Below, piece after piece: positions 1 to 7,231 of a DNA stretch of 10,002 nt. The position numbers and the translations under genes were made by a program. Source of the DNA: Candidatus Terraquivivens tengchongensis. Lineage in GTDB: Archaea; Thermoproteota; Nitrososphaeria_A; Caldarchaeales; Wolframiiraptoraceae. Below the pieces are notes generated by a model. That model worked only from the letters and a program-made list of their open reading frames with translations, was not told the DNA's origin and ran no database searches. Where the stretch lies: the NCBI GenBank assembly GCA_023261845.1, contig JALNJZ010000013.1, positions 1 to 10,002 on the forward strand, given 5' to 3'. How positions within the stretch are numbered: the stretch's first letter is position 1; every line of letters begins with the position of its first letter.

Positions 1-131
1 TTGTTGGAGAGTTCTGACACTTTGGTCTCAAGACCCGCCAACGTCGAGGCGGTGTTGATTGCAAACCATGCCACTAACAGAGATGCGAGGATAATCAGCG
101 CAACCGCGACGGCTTTTCTTAGGCTGGGCAT
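1..131 (-). CDS. Partial (5' end only) membrane-anchored/exported hypothetical protein, runs off the window's left edge
   Basis: Not in the ORF track. Read by hand from ATG at 131: MPSLRKAVAVALIILASLLVAWFAINTASTLAGLETKVSELSN..., open to the window edge. It has a basic n-region, a hydrophobic helix and then coiled-coil-like sequence. A purine-rich AGGTAGTAGGTTGG lies upstream. Divergent from pyrH. Confidence 0.75.
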   Translation of the reverse strand, partial: MPSLRKAVAVALIILASLLVAWFAINTASTLAGLETKVSELSN

Positions 132-239
132 AGTAACCAACCTACTACCTGATCCGCTTTTAAGCTTTTTTCCAAATTTTACAAAAATCCTTAAGTGTTT
201 AATAGCTGCTCGCTTTAACATTGTATGGGCGCGTAAGGT

Positions 240-923
240 TTGAACTTGGTCCTTAAACTCAGTGGGCACTTAGTATCGAGCGGTGACAGGATAAACTACC
301 AATTGATAGCAGACTACGCGAAGCTCTTGAGAGAGTTGTACGATGGTAAGAGTAAGTGGGTAGTTGTTGTTGGAGGCGGTGATGTTGCTAGGAGGTACGT
401 TGATGCAGCTAGGGCTCTCGGTGCGGATGAAGTGATGTGTGATGAGGTAGCGACAATAATAACGAGGGCTAACGCTAGGTTGATGGCAACATGCCTTGGC
501 AACATCGCACAGCAACGCATACCTACCTCAACAGAAGAGTTGAGGGAGCTTGCTACTGATGGAAAGATAGTGGTGATGGGTGGACTCCAGCCAGGTCAAT
601 CAACAATAGCGGTTGCTGCCTTAGCCGCTTCAGTCATAAAGGCTGAAAGGCTTATAATCACAACAGATGTGGACGGAATTTACACCTCAGACCCGAAAGT
701 TGACCCAAACGCGAAGCCGTTACCGAGGGTCTTGCTATCCGAGTTATCTAAGATGGTAGCGGAACTTCCACAGACCGCAGGAAAATATCCGCTGATAGAC
801 AACTTGGCCATAGCTATCCTACAAAGGTCTAAAATACCGTGCTTGTACTTAAACGGCAGAAAGTTAGAAGACGTTAAAAAAGCCATGATGGGCGAAAACG
901 TCGGAACGTTGGTTATGCCGTGA
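240..923 (+). CDS. pyrH: UMP kinase (uridylate kinase), archaeal type, amino-acid-kinase family
   Basis: 227 aa with motifs LKLSG, VVVGGG..AR.Y, TRANARL, MGGLQPGQST.AVAA, TDVDGIYTSDPK.DPNA and C-terminal GT, matching archaeal PyrH in size and sequence. TTG start. Confidence 0.95.
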   Translation: MNLVLKLSGHLVSSGDRINYQLIADYAKLLRELYDGKSKWVVVVGGGDVARRYVDAARALGADEVMCDEVATIITRANARLMATCLGNIAQQRIPTSTEELRELATDGKIVVMGGLQPGQSTIAVAALAASVIKAERLIITTDVDGIYTSDPKVDPNAKPLPRVLLSELSKMVAELPQTAGKYPLIDNLAIAILQRSKIPCLYLNGRKLEDVKKAMMGENVGTLVMP

Positions 924-1047
924 CTTAACGAGCATTTTTATGTTCAGGTATTACATATTAATTCGCTACGCAGATAAATTCTAATAAATGCTTATAAGCT
1001 AGGAACCCCTCACCTCCTTTTTTGAGGGCCCTAAGCCCAGACCTCAA

Positions 1048-3051
1048 ATGGGGAAAACGCTGAACTTTTTGAACAACCTGCTACATCGACCTACGAGGTA
1101 TTCACATTCAGTGGGTCCTGTGAAAGACCTTGAGAAATACGTCCAGCAAGATTGGTGGAAGCACATCTTCGACACAGTCTATCTAATGACTGATGGAGAC
1201 GTCGTCAACGACCCTAAGATAACTAAGGAAGAGGTCGACCTCATAATTCAGGCTTTAGATCTGAAACAGGATGACAGGATACTTGACCTTTGCTGTGGAC
1301 ATGGACGTCATGCGTTGGAGCTAGCAAGGAGGTCTTTCAAAAACGTTGAAGGTTTGGACATATCAAAATACCTCATATCAGTAGCTAGAAAATGTGCGAG
1401 TGAGGAGGGTTTAAACGTAAAATTCACAGAGGGTGATGCTAGGTGTCTTCCTTATCCAAACGACTGCTTTGATGCGGTCCTGATATTGGGAAACAGTTTT
1501 GGATGCTTTGAGGACGTGAATGATGACCTGATAGTCCTGAAAGAGGTTTACAGAGTTCTCAAACAACAAGGAAGAATACTCATAGATTTGACAAATGGTG
1601 ACTATATCAGAAAAAATTACGAACCAAGGTCATGGGAATGGATAGACAACAAGCACTTAGTATGTAGGGAGAGAAGCTTATCGAAGGACGGTCATAGGTT
1701 GCTTGCAAGGGAAATCGTGATAAACGTAGATAGTGGTGTTCTTGTAGACCAATTCTATGGTGTACGTCTTTACTCGTTTAATGAAATAAAAACTCTGTTG
1801 TTGAAAGCTGGCTTTGTAGATGTCAGGTTACATGAAACTTTGTCTATAATATCCAGCAGGGGCCAGGATATGGGGATGATGGGCAATAGGCTGATAGTGT
1901 CAGCAAGGAAGGGTACGGAGCCTCCGAGCTCTTATATCCCAGCCGAGGAGCTAAAGACTATCGTCGTCCTCATGGGAGATCCTAAAAAGCCCGATCCAGT
2001 AAAGCCGAATGGCGTCTTCGACGAAGATGACATCTTCGCTATAGACGAGCTTAAGAAAGCGCTCTCACACATTAACGGTTACAGGTTTGTTTACATCAAC
2101 AACCACGATAAGATGATCGAGGAACTAATGAAGATACGCGACTCCGTTCATCTCGTTCTAAACCTTTGTGATGAAGGATGCATGAACGACCCGTTCAAGG
2201 AACTCCATATTCCAGCTTTGTTAGATATGTTAGGAATACCGTACGCGGGTGCTGGCCCAAGATGTCTTTCATACTGCTATGACAAATCGTTCGTCAAGAG
2301 TGTAGCGAAGGACCTCGGCATTCCGACACCAAAATCAACGTTAATTAAAGACTCGTCGGAGCTGTGCGATGTACACATCGACTTCCCAGTCATAGTTAAG
2401 CCAAACTTCGGCGATAACAGCTATGGTATAACCTACAAAAATGTGGTGAAGGACAAGAACGAATTGATGAAAGTGCTAACTTGGATGAGGGATTCCCTAG
2501 GTTACAAGGGGCCCATACTTTTAGAAGAGTACATAGAGGGCGACGACATATCGGTAGGGATCATAGGAAATCCGCCAGATGATTACTTAGTGCTTCCGAT
2601 AATCAAGGAGGATTACTCTCAGGTACCGGTCGAGTTTCCGAGAATATGTAGCTATGAGGCTAAATGGCTCAAGGGTACGCCGTACGACAAAGTTACGTCA
2701 ATTAGGGTAGATTTACCGGAAAATACGAGGACTCTGCTGGAGAGGTGGTGCTTGCTGCTTTTCGAGAGGTTTGAGTGCAGGGACTATGCGAGGTTCGACT
2801 GGAGGCTGGGTAGCGATGGTGTGCCCAAGCTACTCGAAATCAATCCAAACCCAGGCTGGGTATGGGATGGCCATCTTAACAAGATGGCGAATCTGGCAGG
2901 CATCTCTTACCCCGAGTTACTTCGTAGGATAATCGAAGCGGCTGAGAAACGGCTTGCCCTTAAAAAATATTTAAGAGGTAATAGAGAGCAAGAAAACGCG
3001 CTGACGGGACGCCACATCACTACACCAAATACTTTTTTGCTTTTTCGCTAA
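1048..3051 (+). CDS. Fusion of class I SAM-dependent methyltransferase (N-terminal) and D-Ala-D-Ala-ligase-like ATP-grasp domain (C-terminal)
   Basis: N-half has ILDLCCGHGRH (motif I), GLDIS, GDARCLP, FDAVLILGNSFG and L.EVYRVLK..GRILIDL. C-half has LLDMLGIPYAGAG...YDK...K, FPVIVKPNFGDNSYGI, LLEEYIEG, YEAKW, YARFDWR and LEINPNPG (Ddl-type ATP-grasp motifs). The exact start is uncertain. Confidence 0.9.
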   Translation: MGKTLNFLNNLLHRPTRYSHSVGPVKDLEKYVQQDWWKHIFDTVYLMTDGDVVNDPKITKEEVDLIIQALDLKQDDRILDLCCGHGRHALELARRSFKNVEGLDISKYLISVARKCASEEGLNVKFTEGDARCLPYPNDCFDAVLILGNSFGCFEDVNDDLIVLKEVYRVLKQQGRILIDLTNGDYIRKNYEPRSWEWIDNKHLVCRERSLSKDGHRLLAREIVINVDSGVLVDQFYGVRLYSFNEIKTLLLKAGFVDVRLHETLSIISSRGQDMGMMGNRLIVSARKGTEPPSSYIPAEELKTIVVLMGDPKKPDPVKPNGVFDEDDIFAIDELKKALSHINGYRFVYINNHDKMIEELMKIRDSVHLVLNLCDEGCMNDPFKELHIPALLDMLGIPYAGAGPRCLSYCYDKSFVKSVAKDLGIPTPKSTLIKDSSELCDVHIDFPVIVKPNFGDNSYGITYKNVVKDKNELMKVLTWMRDSLGYKGPILLEEYIEGDDISVGIIGNPPDDYLVLPIIKEDYSQVPVEFPRICSYEAKWLKGTPYDKVTSIRVDLPENTRTLLERWCLLLFERFECRDYARFDWRLGSDGVPKLLEINPNPGWVWDGHLNKMANLAGISYPELLRRIIEAAEKRLALKKYLRGNREQENALTGRHITTPNTFLLFR

Positions 3052-4108
3052 GCTGAACGCCCAAGCCTGGCCCCCTCGGTACATATACGTAGCCATCCCG
3101 AACTTCTAATGGTTCGGCCAGAAGCTCGTCTATTATGCCTGTACCCGTCGTGTCAAGTTCGAAGAGCTCAGTTCCCGGAGTACTAGCCATAAGATGCAGA
3201 GTTGCCGCTAGTAGTATACCGGTAGAGAACACGTGCGGCGAGCATACGACGTTGAAAGCCTCTGCAAGCGCGCAGATCTTTTTCCCTTCGAGTATGCCGC
3301 CCACTCTTCCCAGGTCCGGCATGGCGTAATCAACCACACCCTTAAGGAACATGTCCCTGAATCCGTACTTCGTGAACTCGTTCTCGCCAGTAGCTATCGG
3401 TAAATCCGTATAATCCTTTAGCAACCTGTAACCTTCTAGGTCGAATGGCGGTAAAGGTTCTTCGTACCAAAACACCTCGTTTTCTTCGAATATCTCAGCA
3501 AATTTTATGGCCGTAGGTCTATCGTAGCCGCAGTTTATGTCGACCATGAGCTCGGCGTCTTTTCCGATTGCCCTTCTCATGGCCCTGACCCTTACATCAT
3601 CCTGCCCGAACCCTTTGCCGATGTGGCACTTCACGTACCTGAAGCCTTGGTTTACGAAGGAGGCCGCTTTCTTTACCATCTCGTCAACATCGTCCCAGAA
3701 TATGTCGCTCGCATAAGCCTCTATTTTATCCCTATAAAGTCCGCCAAGCAACTTGTACGCGGGTACGTCCATGGCCTTGCCCATTATGTCCCAGAGCGCC
3801 ATCTCGACTGCGCTTATAGCGCAAACCCATGCTCCTTTCGGCTCCCAGTAAAGCCTCTGGAACATCTTTCTCCATAACCTCTCGACGTCGAACGGATCTT
3901 CGCCAATAAGCATGGGCGCAAAGTTCCTCTCGACTATCTCCTTTATCACGTTCGGTACGCCGACACCCTCGCCCAGCCCCTCAATACCATCGTCGGTTAT
4001 TATCTGAACTATTGCGGTAGCCCTTTCCTTAAGCTCGGCCTTTGAGGTTACGAGGGGCTTATCGAGTGGTTTCTTCAGGATAAAGGCTCTAACACTCTCT
4101 ATTTTCAT
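3020..4108 (-). CDS. Mandelate racemase/muconate lactonizing enzyme family protein (enolase superfamily, MR subgroup; probable acid-sugar dehydratase or racemase)
   Basis: 362 aa. Capping domain has TDDGIEGLGE and AISAVEMALWDIMGKAMDVP.YKLLGG. Metal ligands are in LMVDIN, WYEEP and ATGEN. The His-Asp dyad is in AMPD...SPH, with a C-terminal GPGLGV. Confidence 0.93.
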   Translation of the reverse strand: MKIESVRAFILKKPLDKPLVTSKAELKERATAIVQIITDDGIEGLGEGVGVPNVIKEIVERNFAPMLIGEDPFDVERLWRKMFQRLYWEPKGAWVCAISAVEMALWDIMGKAMDVPAYKLLGGLYRDKIEAYASDIFWDDVDEMVKKAASFVNQGFRYVKCHIGKGFGQDDVRVRAMRRAIGKDAELMVDINCGYDRPTAIKFAEIFEENEVFWYEEPLPPFDLEGYRLLKDYTDLPIATGENEFTKYGFRDMFLKGVVDYAMPDLGRVGGILEGKKICALAEAFNVVCSPHVFSTGILLAATLHLMASTPGTELFELDTTGTGIIDELLAEPLEVRDGYVYVPRGPGLGVQLSEKAKKYLV

Positions 4109-4186
4109 AACCTTTAATCTACGTGCTAGAGGGATAAATATCTAACGAATGGATAAATTTGGGTACGGTGGATGAATCTGATGGCA

Positions 4187-4270
4187 GCCGGGGTACCCGA
4201 GCCTGGTCAAGGGGGTGGGCTTAAGACCCACTGGCGTAGGCCATCCTGGGTTCGAATCCCAGCCCCGGCA
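4187..4270 (+). tRNA. tRNA-Leu(UAA), long variable arm, no intron, CCA not encoded
   Basis: Acceptor GCCGGGG/CCCCGGC with discriminator A4270. Anticodon stem GTGGG/CCCAC with loop CTTAAGA (TAA at 4222-4224). Variable arm TGGC-GTAG-GCCA. T arm CTGGG-TTCGAAT-CCCAG. Confidence 0.96.
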
Positions 4271-4334
4271 TCCTTCAGTTGTGTTCAGACGTAATTCTTC
4301 GGCAGATAGGGTGATCAATTTGTAGAAACGAGAC

Positions 4335-4349
4335 AATAAAAATAAAAAA
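4335..4349 (-). terminator. Oligo-T archaeal terminator downstream of the EamA ORF
   Basis: The minus strand reads TTTTTTATTTTTATT about 20 nt after the stop at 4368. Confidence 0.5.
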
Positions 4350-4367
4350 GGAACTAGGACCTCACGT

Positions 4368-4934
4368 TCATGGTATCAGGACTGCTACCGGATAGCTCTT
4401 GCCAGAAGATGTGTGCACGACGATTTCGTAGGTAACGCCAAGAGCCCAGCAGATGGCTGTCAAAATCCCGGCTAGGAAGCCAATCTTAGCCGACCCTTCA
4501 AGTTGTAATTTTTTCTGTCCGCTGAGTAGCCATACCGCCAGCACTATCAGGACCGTACCTACAGCAACGTTTGGGGTAAATTGTTCTCTAAGTACGAATA
4601 TGCTAAGCGGGACTAGGAAGAGTGGATAGGAGTAAGTTAGTGGCACTGCATGAGACACGCCTATGTGCTTTAGGCTAATGAGGTAAAGCGTATCGCCGAG
4701 TGCCCAGCCTATGAGGGAGGCTGCGATAAGGTAAACGGCCGATGGTGTGTATAGCAGAAGGAAGTATTTGCTTTTATCCAAAACGAGTACAAAAACTAAA
4801 AGAAGGATTGCTGCGGCACAACTCCTAGCGAGATTCAGCTTAATCGGACTCATGCTTCTTAAACCAACCTTGTAAAGGTTGGCACCAGCGGCCCAGCATA
4901 AAGCCGCAGAAAGTGTCAGCATCTCTCCGAGCAT
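4368..4934 (-). pseudogene. EamA/DMT family transporter, truncated early in the second EamA repeat and fused to an unrelated hydrophilic tail
   Basis: The first repeat is complete (AALCWA...LARS...GDTLYL.SLK.IGVS.AVPL.YSYPLF...LRE). The second repeat starts (GFLAGILTAICWALGVT) and then switches to YEIVVHTSSGKSYPVAVLIP*. Length is 188 aa from ATG 4934, against ~290 aa for two-repeat EamA proteins. Start 4934 is preferred over 4973 because TTTAATAC (4964-4957) lies 22 nt upstream. Confidence 0.75.
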
Positions 4935-4956
4935 AAGGGTTGTACGAAAAGGTCGA

Positions 4957-4993
4957 GTATTAAACCCATCCATAGAACCAAAAGCTTTAAGTA
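4957..4993. promoter_or_regulatory. Back-to-back TATA boxes for divergent leaderless genes (EamA and DUF4870-like)
   Basis: Minus-strand TTTAATAC (4964-4957) is 22 nt before ATG 4934. Plus-strand BRE-like CCAAAAG + TTTAAGTA (4986-4993) is 22 nt before ATG 5016. The matching spacing fits leaderless archaeal transcripts. Confidence 0.6.
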
Positions 4994-5015
4994 AATTCTG
5001 AGACGAAAAAACTTC

Positions 5016-5369
5016 ATGAATGCGACGTCAGGGGACGAAGAAAAACTTTGGGCTTTTATTGCATGGTTGATCCCTCTTATCGGAGGTGTGTTAGTTTTAC
5101 TACTTAAGCCGAATTACAATTATGCAAAGCATTGGGCATATCTTTCCATAGCTTTCTTCATAGTTGCGATAGTCGCTAGCATTGTAGCTTCTATCATATC
5201 GCTTATCACATCGCTCATACCTTTCATGGGTTTTCTCGGAGTGGTTATTAGCGCAGTATTTGGAGCACTCCTTTTAGTAGTCTGGATACTCGGCATATTG
5301 AAATCGCTCAACAGAGTTTATTGGAACCCTCCAATAATCTATGACCTAGCCAGGCGATTAGGACTATAG
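5016..5369 (+). CDS. DUF4870/Tic20-like 3-TM membrane protein
   Basis: 117 aa with the pattern EK.WAFIAWL..LIGG..VLLL....YAKHWA.LS, followed by a two-helix hairpin and W..G..K......NPPII, typical of DUF4870-like proteins. Confidence 0.75.
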   Translation: MNATSGDEEKLWAFIAWLIPLIGGVLVLLLKPNYNYAKHWAYLSIAFFIVAIVASIVASIISLITSLIPFMGFLGVVISAVFGALLLVVWILGILKSLNRVYWNPPIIYDLARRLGL

Positions 5370-5383
5370 TCTGCTATTTTTAT

Positions 5384-5647
5384 TTATATTTCTTTGAGAC
5401 ACTTTACATAAAGCTTTATTGACTTCCAATTCAGAATCAAATGAACGACTATCACGAGCAATGCCAACATCGAGAAGTATACGTGAAGGTCAGACCAACC
5501 GGTCTTATTAAGCCCCATGATTATCAGTTGGCCTGACCTAGGACCATGAGGCCAGAAGTATAGGACCAAACCGGTAAAGAGACTAACGAGTCCGAGGGCA
5601 ACCGCGGAGAAGAATATCACAACCCTCACGCTACTAATCATAACCAT
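5384..5647 (-). CDS. DUF4405-like two-TM protein with paired histidines
   Basis: 87 aa: SLFTGLVLYF.P.G...GLNK..W.DLH.Y........HL.LNW. Two His 14 residues apart in one TM helix, a cytochrome-b-like spacing. Confidence 0.8.
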   Translation of the reverse strand: MVMISSVRVVIFFSAVALGLVSLFTGLVLYFWPHGPRSGQLIIMGLNKTGWSDLHVYFSMLALLVIVVHLILNWKSIKLYVKCLKEI

Positions 5648-5723
5648 TTATGCTAAATGATAGAATATGTTTGTTGCTTTTAACTGTTTAAGCTTGTAGG
5701 ACAAAAAAGGACATAGAGTTCTG

Positions 5724-6188
5724 TTAAGACTCAGCAACGTGAAAATATGCCCACTTTCCGTCCTTCTCTATCCTCCTAAGGAAGCCCTTCTTCACAAGCC
5801 TAGCTAAGTATACCGAGACTTTCTCTGGAGTATCCGGCACGGCATTCGTCTCGAGGGCTTTAATGACTTCTGCCAGCGTGCGCGGCTGCCTTCCCCAAGA
5901 TGTCTGGAATAGGCTGGTTATGTTTTCTGTCGTACTCTTTGACGGCTTTATTGTTGGGATGTCGGATGTGGACACTGAGGAGAGTTCCTGGAGTGAGGGT
6001 GGTTTTTCCACCTCAACTTTGTCTGTCTCTACATGTAATTTTTCATCAAGCGATTCTATGAACTCGGATAGGGCGTCAAGCTGTCTAGTTATTGTAGGTA
6101 TGTCGCCTTGGACTATTACCTCGAATCCTTTCCTCTTTATCTTAAGTGTGATTGGGACGTGTTCGTTCTCACTTTTATAGGACGTCAA
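5724..6188 (-). CDS. Hypothetical protein with C-terminal winged helix-turn-helix
   Basis: C-terminus PRTLAEVIKAL...VSVYLARLVKKGFLRRIEKDGKWAY fits a wHTH. It follows a low-complexity S/T/P/E linker and an N-terminal beta-beta-alpha module. TTG start with AAAACTTATAC about 20-30 nt upstream. Confidence 0.7.
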   Translation of the reverse strand: MTSYKSENEHVPITLKIKRKGFEVIVQGDIPTITRQLDALSEFIESLDEKLHVETDKVEVEKPPSLQELSSVSTSDIPTIKPSKSTTENITSLFQTSWGRQPRTLAEVIKALETNAVPDTPEKVSVYLARLVKKGFLRRIEKDGKWAYFHVAES

Positions 6189-6320
6189 GATTTATCAAAT
6201 AAAACCTGTATAAGTTTTAGATAAGAGTTTTTCTGAGATATGGGGAGAGGTGCGCGAAAGTGCTACAAGTGTTTGATACATTCGGGAACTTTTATATGGA
6301 GACATATTATACTTATTTTT

Positions 6321-6335
6321 AGAAAGATTTATATT
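6321..6335 (+). promoter_or_regulatory. Putative BRE-TATA for the SPFH operon
   Basis: AGAAAGA-TTTATATT about 31 nt upstream of ATG 6367, in an AT-rich divergent intergenic region. Confidence 0.4.
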
Positions 6336-6366
6336 TCTAATACCGGCTACAAGAATTTAAGACTTC

Positions 6367-6728
6367 ATGAATAATCGAACAACGTCAAAAGGAATTAGTT
6401 ATGGTGTGGGCGCGCTTGTAACGACCCTTATTTCCGTTGGTGTTGTAATTATACTCTATGGTACCGGGTTCCTAGTTTTTAATCTTCTGAGTCTAATGGC
6501 ATGTATTCTTGCCCCCTCGGTACCTATATGATTGTTTACGCACTCATAAAGCGTAAGGACATTCTTTATTATATATCATGGGGTTTGATTATACTCACCA
6601 TCGGGCTAGCATCAGTTTCATATAACGTTATGAATCCGCTTGTCATGTTTGGTGTATTGCTAATAGGTCTCGCGATTATAGGTCTAGCCGCATATTGGAG
6701 GAGGAGAAAGGTTGGAGAAAGTTCGTAG
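6367..6728 (+). pseudogene. ~120 aa multi-pass (about 4 TM) membrane protein interrupted by a single-base frameshift at 6511-6516
   Basis: The ATG 6367 frame gives MNNRTTSKGISYGVGALVTTLISVGVVIILYGTGFLVFNLLSLMACILA(PSVPI*), stopping at 6529-6531. The 6501-6728 frame continues PLGTYMIVYAL...WRRRKVGESS. Adding one base in GCCCCC joins them into a continuous hydrophobic 120-aa protein. Confidence 0.75.
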
Positions 6729-7230
6729 GGAAATGGGTCTATTTGAGAAAATCTTGAGTTATGTTCCCGGATATCGTGGGTATAAGGAGAAGGAACTGCG
6801 CAGAGAAAGTGATAGGCTTGTTAGGATGGAAATTGTCAATAAGCTCAAAATGGCAAAAGACGTCGTAAGAAAAAGCTTGGCCAACCCTATTATAGCACAG
6901 AATATTTCTAGCGAGGATTCTTGGAGATTCGATACATTCATGTCAAACCTTGATAGGGTAATACAGCGCATAGACCGGGCTGTTGCCGGGTATGCTGGAA
7001 TATTCGACGCGGTTAAGGTCAAGGAAGATAAACTCGACATGGTCATCCAACATGATCTAAGCCTGATAGAGAAAGCAGAGGCATTAAGAGCGGATGCGGA
7101 ATCTCTGGCTAGAATGGAGCCTGGAAAAGAAGAGTGGAGAAAACTTGTGGATGAGCTAATATCAAAGGCTGGAGAACTGGACATGCTGATAGATAAGAGA
7201 GTCGAGATTCTCAAGGGGCTGGTAAGCTAA
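6712..7230 (+). CDS. Conserved hypothetical alpha-helical (helical bundle/coiled-coil) protein co-transcribed with SPFH gene
   Basis: 172 aa with amphipathic helices and the motifs PGYRGYKEKE.RRE.D.L.R and A..GYAG.FD.VK. GGAGG SD lies upstream of TTG 6712 (alternative ATG at 6733). It overlaps the upstream gene and ends 1 nt before the SPFH ATG. Confidence 0.8.
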   Translation: MEKVRREMGLFEKILSYVPGYRGYKEKELRRESDRLVRMEIVNKLKMAKDVVRKSLANPIIAQNISSEDSWRFDTFMSNLDRVIQRIDRAVAGYAGIFDAVKVKEDKLDMVIQHDLSLIEKAEALRADAESLARMEPGKEEWRKLVDELISKAGELDMLIDKRVEILKGLVS

Positions 7231-7231
7231 A

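Noticed and set aside
1-243. 80-aa + strand ORF
   Set aside because: Shadow of the minus-strand signal-anchor gene starting at 131. It crosses the AT-rich promoter region and has no recognisable motif.
590-625. PyrH has STI where many UMP kinases have S/TTD
   Set aside because: As I recall, this position varies in crenarchaeal UMP kinases, so it is not evidence of inactivation.
270-886. Three - strand ORFs inside pyrH
   Set aside because: Antisense shadows of a well-supported gene.
1010-1018. Perfect SD (AGGAGGTGA) on the minus strand
   Set aside because: No start codon at suitable spacing and no downstream minus-strand ORF.
1948-3051. Calling the ATP-grasp domain ddl / evidence of peptidoglycan
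   Set aside because: The D-Ala-binding signatures are altered and no cell-wall genes are nearby, so no gene symbol was assigned.
3135-3877. + strand ORFs 3135-3329 and 3623-3877
   Set aside because: Antisense to the MR-family gene; no motifs.
4142-4336. 64-aa - strand ORF
   Set aside because: Antisense to tRNA-Leu; the GWDSNP peptide is the typical translation of a reversed tRNA T-arm.
6501-6728. 75-aa ORF as a stand-alone gene
   Set aside because: Better explained as the 3' part of the frameshifted gene starting at 6367.
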